From positions 16,420,722 to 16,484,721 of the forward strand of contig OZ037766.1 of NCBI GenBank assembly GCA_964035545.1: 64,000 nt of DNA. The letters run 5' to 3'. The stretch is from Bugula neritina (lineage: Eukaryota > Animalia > Bryozoa). How positions within the stretch are numbered: the first letter of the stretch is position 1; each line of letters starts with the position of its first letter. Shown here in pieces: positions 56,190 to 64,000 of the stretch. Below the pieces are notes generated by a model that worked only from the letters and a program-made list of their open reading frames with translations, ran no database searches and was not told the origin of the DNA. Position numbers and translations under genes: made by a program.

Positions 56190-59100
56190 ATGGCTGGCCA
56201 AACAGCGACTTGGAAAGATGTGCTTCTCGGTTCCCTTGTCGAAAGTGGTCAACTCACACCAAAGTACAATCACACACTGAATGTGTCTGTTGAAAAAACT
56301 GGAGACGGTGCTAAAATTATAGCTGGGCTTAAAGGTAGTAATTTTTTATTTTAAATTTTAATTTAATTTAAAATTAGTTATCATTTTGATTTTCATTTTG
56401 ATAATGATTTTCGTGTTTAGAATAAGAATTACTATTAAGTATTAGTATTGCTGTTAGTGTTACTATTACTATTAGTATTACTAATAGTATTATTACTATT
56501 GTAGTATAAGTGTAATACTAGTTCCAAGTATTAGTATACAATCAAGTATTTGAAAACATATTGATATATCATGATTATATCATATATGTTCTACATAGTC
56601 ATATAGTTAAACTTAATGTTATAGTATTAGTTATACTTTAAGTTTAACTTATAATTAATCTTATAGCATATATGCTGTAAGTATAACTATAAGTATAATT
56701 GAAAGTATAACTGAAAGTATCAGTATGAATAATCATAATGAATATCTTAGAAAGTGACGTTCAGTTTCAGTTTGAGTTTCATGATGATGATTATCATAAT
56801 GATTTTATGATAATCATTATGATTAATATTATTGTGGTTAATCAAGGTCGTTAGATTTTCTCCTTTAGACTTTCATTTTAGAGTAAAAAATACTGACAGT
56901 GAAATTTCAAATGAACACACAAAGTCAAGGTGAATTTGAAGTTGATAGCCATAACCATAATTATTGCTATGACTGATTATGAGGTAGTTATCCTCTTCTA
57001 CTTCTATCATATTAACTAGCGCTGTTAAGTTTAGAGTTGTCATCAGTAAAGGTATTTCTAAATTGAGTTACAAGTTGTATTAGATTTAGTAAATACTATT
57101 TAAAATAGAAAGTGGTAAGGTAAAACTTTGTAATGAAGTTAGATGAGAGGATTACACTTGTAAAAACACTTTAACAAAAGAAAGATGTACAGAGCAAATA
57201 AATAAAGGAGCAAAATCAGAGGCAAGGCACAATTTAGTCTTTTTGGCAAGCATTTTGCTGGCTATTTAGCCGAATGTAAGGCAAGTATTATTAAGTTCAG
57301 TTTGATATCAGGAACATATTCTCACCATTTTATGTGGAGGCTAGTTCAGAAAGGCTGTTGTCTACCAATTTTTAAATTTCGCTGCTGAATAAATTGTACT
57401 TTAAAGATAGTCGAAGCACTGCATTTAGTTTTGTGTGGTCACTTGAGACCTAATGGTAAATCCCACGTGAAGCTGGTTGATATAGAAAATCAGTTTTCTT
57501 CAGGCTTTGAGGCTAAAAAGTGCACAGAATTAGCAAAGCAAGAGTAGGGCTGACTCTATATGCAACTAGATCTGCATTGTCAACAAAAAGTATAGTATCT
57601 ACTATTTTATCTCGGCTGCCTAAAGTTGAAACAGTTGCCATCCAATAAATAGCAGCTAAAATATAGTCACGTCAATACTAAAATATCTAAGGATATCATC
57701 CATTAGAATACTAACTTAATAGTCATGGTACTATTATGATCATACTACTATCATTAGTTATTGTTTCATTATTATGATATGCTGATATAATGATTGAGCA
57801 CTTTTTGGTGGTGTCCCAGCTTAAGCTGGTGTAGTCTCCAGTCGTAGACCTAGTTCTGCTAGGCTGGGCACGAAAAGACTGTAAATTTATCTTGTCTGTT
57901 TTTCTCTTGTCGGCTTATCACAGAAAAATAACTATTATTGCTCCTGGAATACATTTGTATACTACCATGATAGCAGGCCTCCTTACGGTGTCATTAGTAT
58001 TTTAAAATAATCGCTCATTATTAGAAATTTTTATTATAAAAAAGTTCACTTTTTAGTAATTGTATAGTAATTATTAAACTTTAATTAAATGTTACTTATT
58101 TCCACTTTAATTCTTATAACTAGTCTCATCTTATATAAATTTAAATCAAGTTTATGCATATCAATAATTAAAGTGTAATAAATAATAGAAGTATTTTGTC
58201 ATTTATTTTAGGGAAAGTATTTGTAATTTACTAATTAAAATATACTCATACATTGACTACATTACATTGAACTATTAGCATTCTCATAGTCATAGTTTTA
58301 ATGGTAGTGAAGTGTGTTGGCAAATAGTAATATAATTATGCAAATGTTTTAATTCACATACATTAGTTTTATTTCGATTATATTTATAAAAAACATGGTA
58401 ACATTGGCAAATTAAAAGTTGATTTGCTTTTGTTTTTAGCCAGCTATTATTTGTAGTGAAATTTTATTTTAATTCATAGTAATGCTTATAGTTTGTTAAT
58501 ATCTGTATTATTGCTGTATAAAATATCATCATAAACTTTAGCAGTATTCAAGTTAGGCATGGAATAAGTAAATAGAATGTAATTTCTATTACATTAGAGT
58601 GTGTATGCCATATCATCAAGCGCAAAGTAGTCAGCAATTAGTAACTCAGTATTTGATTGAGGCATGATACTATTTTCTAATAATTTTATTTTCAATGTAT
58701 AAGGTTATTGGTGACGTTTTTTGCTGCAGCTGTTCAAAAAAGTTTGGATTGGTACTTTTTATTTCACATATAATAATTGGCAACTTACAGTTTGCTCTCA
58801 ACAATATTATCTCATCTTTAGTTTTTTGGTTACATGTTTAAAAGTTTCAATTCGCTGCAGTAACTATTTATTACAGGCGCTCAAAGTTTTTTCAGTTTTC
58901 AATTAACATCTGGTTTGAAAAGCCTATATTTTTCTGGAATATTTCCTTCAAACACCAACTTAAAGATTTCCCCAATGCTGCATTTACAATAAAAATGGGT
59001 TAAATGACCAAGATAACTATTTTTTGTTCACCTTTACCTTTTTATTAATAGGCTGGCCTACTTCAATTTATTTTAATAAATAACATCTCTTGATTACTTT

Positions 59101-62100
59101 TTGGTAAGCTTTCATAATTATTCATGAAGAACACTTTGGTTTTACGATTTGTAATTTCCTGTCTTTTTTATATTAAAAAATCTAGCAATTATATCTCTAT
59201 ACAATAAGCTAACTTTTTTCTGCCTACCTCTAAACTTCATTTGTTTTGCTGTGCAGATGGGACAGTCTGCGCCACAATGCTGGTGTTTACTTCCACCGAA
59301 ATTGCCAGAGTGGGTCGTTTAAGTATTGTATTGACTGGTGAAAATGACGCTGAAAGCAGTTTCATGAAATTTCCTAATGAAGCAGGTTTGTAAAGCAAGT
59401 TGTTCTAACTTTTTACATGCATATTCTCTGTTATAGGCTTGAAATATGTTTTAGTTGTTTTTATGTTCATTTGCTGCAAATTATTTATGCACTTATTTTG
59501 TATTATATTCTTCATAGCTAGATCATCTGTTATAGATTGCAAAAGCGCACATACCATGTTGAAAGAGCTCACTCATTCTGATCGGAAGTCTGTGTTTACT
59601 AATAGAACAGACAAAGACTCTGCCACACAATATTTCCAGGTTTTTTGTTTACTCACTTGTCTTGCATCAGTTATATTATTTTTATATTTTCAGGTATAAT
59701 GTAATAATATTTGTTAGATTGTGATTGACATTTATCAACCAACCAGCTGTTTCTATTATGGCATAACTTAGTAAAGTTGATTTCTTAAATTGACTGTTTC
59801 ATTGTAGTTTTACAGCTATTTGTCACAACAGCAAAACATGATGCAAGACTACGTCCGTACCAATACATACCAGCATGCAATGCTTGTTAATATGGCAGAT
59901 TTCTCAGGCAAGGTCGTGCTGGATGTTGGTGCCGGCTCTGGTATACTTTCATTTTTCGCTATACAGGCCGGAGCAAAAAAAGTATATGCTGTGGAAGCGA
60001 GTAATATGGCACAGCATTGTGAGGTAAGAACGAGTCTCGGGCAACAGCAATATGTCTTTTCTGGTTGCAATTTAACCTAAGCATAAAGTTTTTCGCCCAT
60101 ACATCTGTTTCTTAGTGAGCTATTAGCTGTAATTATTACATGAATAGTTTCTGTAAGAAGTTGTCACACCAAATGACATACATGCAGCAAAACACTGCCT
60201 CAAGTTAATTGAATTATTTTTTATATTTTCCATTCTAATCATGAGCTGCATTTTAGTATGGCTAAGCTTTAGCAGTGTGGGTAAATGCACATGTCTGTCT
60301 GATTCAATGCTTGTAGGCATTAGTAAAAGCAAATGGACTGGCCGATAAGATTCACGTAATAGCAGGAAAAATTGAAGAGACAAAGCTACCTGAAATGGTG
60401 GACACTATAATTTCAGAGCCCATTGGTTATATGCTTTTTAATGAGCGTATGATTGAAACATATCTACATGCTAAAAAGTTCCTGAAACCAAATGGTGCGT
60501 AGTGTTTTAGTTTATACCATCTGCTATCGATAGTAACTGAGTTTATTTGAAAATGGTTTTGATTTTTGAATTTTTAAATAAAAAGTATGTTATTGAAATA
60601 TACCAGTTCATTACTACATATAATTTATAATGTACATATAATTTATACTTTTCCAAACAACAAATAACTGTCATTAACCCTACTTTATTAGGGAATTGTA
60701 AGCATTTCAATTCAGCTTCTTGCAGTTGACTTGTATATGTAATTTCACTGTGTGCCTGTAAAATTCAGTTACTAATTGTGACCAAAAAGCTCCTGTTAAA
60801 CTAATGTCTCGCATGTAATTTCTTTTAATACAATCATAATTTCCTGATTGGGTTGTGTAAGTTGAAACTGCTTGTTTCGTATAAATGTAGGTAAGATGTT
60901 TCCTACAGAAGGTCACTTGTACGTAGCTCCGTTCTGTGATGAAGCTTTGTTTCAAGAACAGTCGATGAAGCCCAACTTTTGGTGCCACACTAGTTTCCAT
61001 GGAGTCAACCTCACATCACTGCGGGAAAGTGCATTTGAAGAGACCTTCAAGCAGCCCATAGTGGTTGGTGCTCTATGATCTACTATGTGTTGTTAGATAC
61101 AGTTTTGATGAGCAAGACACAGTCTTAAATGAAACAAAGGTTTCTTATCACAGCCAAAATTTAAATTTATATAAAACTGCCTAGGGTTCAGCCAATTTAA
61201 AATATTGCTAAGAAATTTTGGAAGCTGTAATAAACTCCACCCATTATGTCATTTCACACGCTGAACCTTCGTAGTTTTACAAAATAGACAATTTGTTGAA
61301 TTGTTGTTTTTTTAAACCTGTTACTGTAATTGACGTCATGTCTTGTATAATCATTTTCAGGACACATTCCATATATCATCATGTCTCGCGGCAGCCAACA
61401 AATATCCATGCGACTTCCTTGCTCTTAATGAACAAGATCTCTATGTGATTGATGTGCCGCTCATGTTTACCATCACCACCTCTGGTTACATTCACGGCCT
61501 AGCTTTCTGGTTTGATCTTGCTTTCAAAGGCTCCAGGTAAATTTATTGTCAACTTGCAGAGTTGTAGTTAAAGTCATTTTGTGGGTATTTGTTCTCAATT
61601 GTTAAGTCTTAATTGATGTTTAATTGTGCTACATTGATGTCTTATCCTGAATGAATGCTACCTTACCCTGTGACTGTGATAGCAGCTGGACTTGTTTCTT
61701 CAACACATATTATTGTTACAGTGAAACTGTGTGGCTGTCGACATCACCTATGGAGCCTCTGACTCACTGGTATCAGGTACGATGTCTACTCCAATCTCCT
61801 GTTTACGTTCACCAGGGCCAGAATGTCTCCGCTCACCTCACTATGCGTGCCAACTCCAGGTATAGTACATTTCTGTTACGTCATGGATTGCTATTCAAAA
61901 TGATTTCATCCTGCTTACGTCAGCTACTAAAACACCTTTGCCATGTATTAGTAAACTGGCATTTAACATTTAAACTGTATTTCAGTTTGAATGGTGGGTA
62001 GGTAACTTTTGAAATCGTTACTTAAAGTCTAGTTGCATTTATGTAGTATTAAGATATTCAAGAATCTTTTGGCTAGCAGCTAAATGCAGTTTTAGAGTTG

Positions 62101-63701
62101 TGTACCCTAGCAATTTGTTTTGTAAAGAGTTTTGTGTGCTTATGATGACATTTTGGTTCATATTGGCAGCATTAGAAAATAATACTGATTATTGCTAACT
62201 TTTATTGCTTGTTATTCTTAGCTGCTGCAATACACAGTTTAATAACTAAGATGTTCGTAAAGATTAAAACACGTGCTAAGTAAGAAAATGAATAAAGCTA
62301 CCTTGTTACTGATCTTAACAGTCAAAATGACTGCTTATTGAAACAGTGAAATCGAAAAATTTGAAGAGCTTTAACACGAGTGGTCATTCGTAATGACAAA
62401 ATTATTTGCATTGTAATAAAAACCTGGTCTAGCTCTGAGAACGGAAAAATGATAATGCACCATAAAATTTAAACTTTGTCATTTTGACCAATATTCTAGA
62501 CTAGTATTATAGCTATTAGCTACTGTAAGTATTATAAACATTGAACATCTTCAACACAAATTTTGATTGAGTAATCAAATTTATATTATTGCTATGGCAA
62601 CTCTTTTGTACAAGTATAACCACAATGCAAATGTAAGACTAAATACAGGTGACTTCAATCATAATGTAAAAATTCGTGCCAATCAGTTTGAACTTGAACT
62701 CGAAACAAATATCAATTAAAATTAAATATGTTAATATTATAATATCTAATTAGCCCCAATAAGAATTTTTTTATTATGCAATAGTATTGACTAAAATAAC
62801 ACAACAATTTGAGCTTGCCAGAGTAGTTATGTTTTGTAGTAGAAGATTGTTAGGGTCGTTATTGTCGAATAGTTTGCTACATATACACAATGGCTAATAA
62901 CATTTTTAATTTTATCCTGATCATTCTGGTTTATTAGTTGAATACACTATTATATGTATAATTTCTAAGTCAATAAAAAAACATTTGAAAGAGTGTTTAT
63001 CAATATAAAAAAGCAAAGTTATCATGTTTGACAAAACTTCTATTTGCCGAAAGTCTTATGGATACTTTTTGCCTATCTTCTTCACCAGACTGCAATGTTA
63101 CAATGCACCAAATTTCCTTGAAAACCAATTTGTTTGAGTATACAACTCCATAGTAAATTTGAGTTGTAGCCAAGAGATTTTTGTGGATTTCAATGATGTG
63201 TCAATGTTACTAGGAAGCCCTGCTTCAATTGTAATGTGAAATTCAAAGTATGTCATGTTCCCTCCATAAATGCATGATAGAGTTTTCTGGTGCACCTGAT
63301 GTACTCAGTAATGACTCCATTTGCAATTTGTCAACTGAACAGTTAGTTTTACAGTAACAATAATCTCCTTGTTTGAATACTCAATGCTAGTTAAGAGTAT
63401 ACCTGACTGATGAAGCTGGTGGAATCTTTCTGCAGGCAGAGTTATGACGTAGAGATATCTGTCAGCCACCCAGGAACTTCTGTGAAGTCTACCAATGTGC
63501 TGGATCTTAAGAATCCTTACTTCCGGTATGGTAATCAGGTGATAGCTCCAAGTCTGCAGGCTAACGAGGTGTCCCCTACCGAACAGTACTACGCTTCCAA
63601 TGGCTACCATACAAACATGGTCAACACCAAGCCACTGCCTGCTCATGAACAGCAAGTGCAGAACCTGGCCAACTTCACAGCCGTCAGTATTAGTGGGGGT
63701 G
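56190..63701 (+). CDS. CARM1: Histone-arginine methyltransferase CARM1/PRMT4; exons 56190-56334, 59257-59385, 59536-59639, 59808-60023, 60317-60494, 60891-61063, 61361-61536, 61722-61859, 63436-63701; 3' end beyond the window
   Basis: N-terminal PH-like region, [36 protein letters not shown], double-E loop [42 protein letters not shown]. Confidence 0.96.
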
Positions 63702-64000
63702 GTGAGTGTTGCTCCTCTCTTCTCTGCATGTGTTCTCTTGCATACCCTCAGCTATACCTGTCTCGTGGTGTCGTTACTCTAGCAACACTAGAGTATTCTA
63801 TGGTGCGTTTCCATTGTGTTCACATGTTTTAAAATGTGTACACTGAGCTTCATCAGGGTGTTGATGACGAATTCTATCTTCTTTTCATTTGTTAAAATTT
63901 GCTGAAGTTCCGTTTAGTTGATGCAGTAATTAAAATAGTCATCAGTTATTCTTTCCCATCTCACCACTTGTTAGGCTTGTTGGTTATTTTGTCAAATTTT

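Noticed and set aside
57815-57882. GC-richer patch with small dyads in CARM1 intron 1 as a transposon end or structured RNA
   Set aside because: No matching partner TIR, TSD or recognisable RNA family motif.
27130-63860. Other CTGATGA occurrences (about 27132, 51636, 63407, and on the minus strand about 57045 and 63855) as hammerheads
   Set aside because: None is followed by a stem II plus GAAA and a stem III/NUH arrangement.

Overview
AT-rich, intron-containing animal DNA (invertebrate; the taxon cannot be fixed from the sequence). Host genes assembled by hand from splice signals and protein similarity, left to right: 5' part of a KIAA0930 homolog (-); two tandem Toll-like receptor genes (-) with the same exon layout; an MBOAT1/2-type lysophospholipid acyltransferase (-); CHID1 (+); DCP2 (-); and most of CARM1/PRMT4 (+, runs off the window). 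Mobile DNA: an apparently intact 4.1-kb PIF/Harbinger transposon in the last MBOAT intron, two PHD-ORF1 CR1/L2-group LINEs lying tail-to-tail, three MITEs (hAT-, pogo/Tc1- and Harbinger-type), three tRNA-derived SINE-like copies, and a 130-bp insert between (TA)n tracts carrying a hammerhead ribozyme fold. Strongest leads: (1) the Harbinger transposase gene appears nested in an intron of the Myb/SANT gene, and both proteins can be spliced in frame from the same two 19-nt leader exons; (2) LINE-B ORF2 has no usable AUG and opens in the -1 frame at a G_GGA_AAC slippery heptamer in ORF1; (3) a type I hammerhead ribozyme lies antisense in TLR intron 1; (4) both TLRs end in class I PDZ-binding motifs; (5) DCP2 has a U12-type AT-AC intron and a GC-AG intron. 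All gene models are manual predictions without transcript support.
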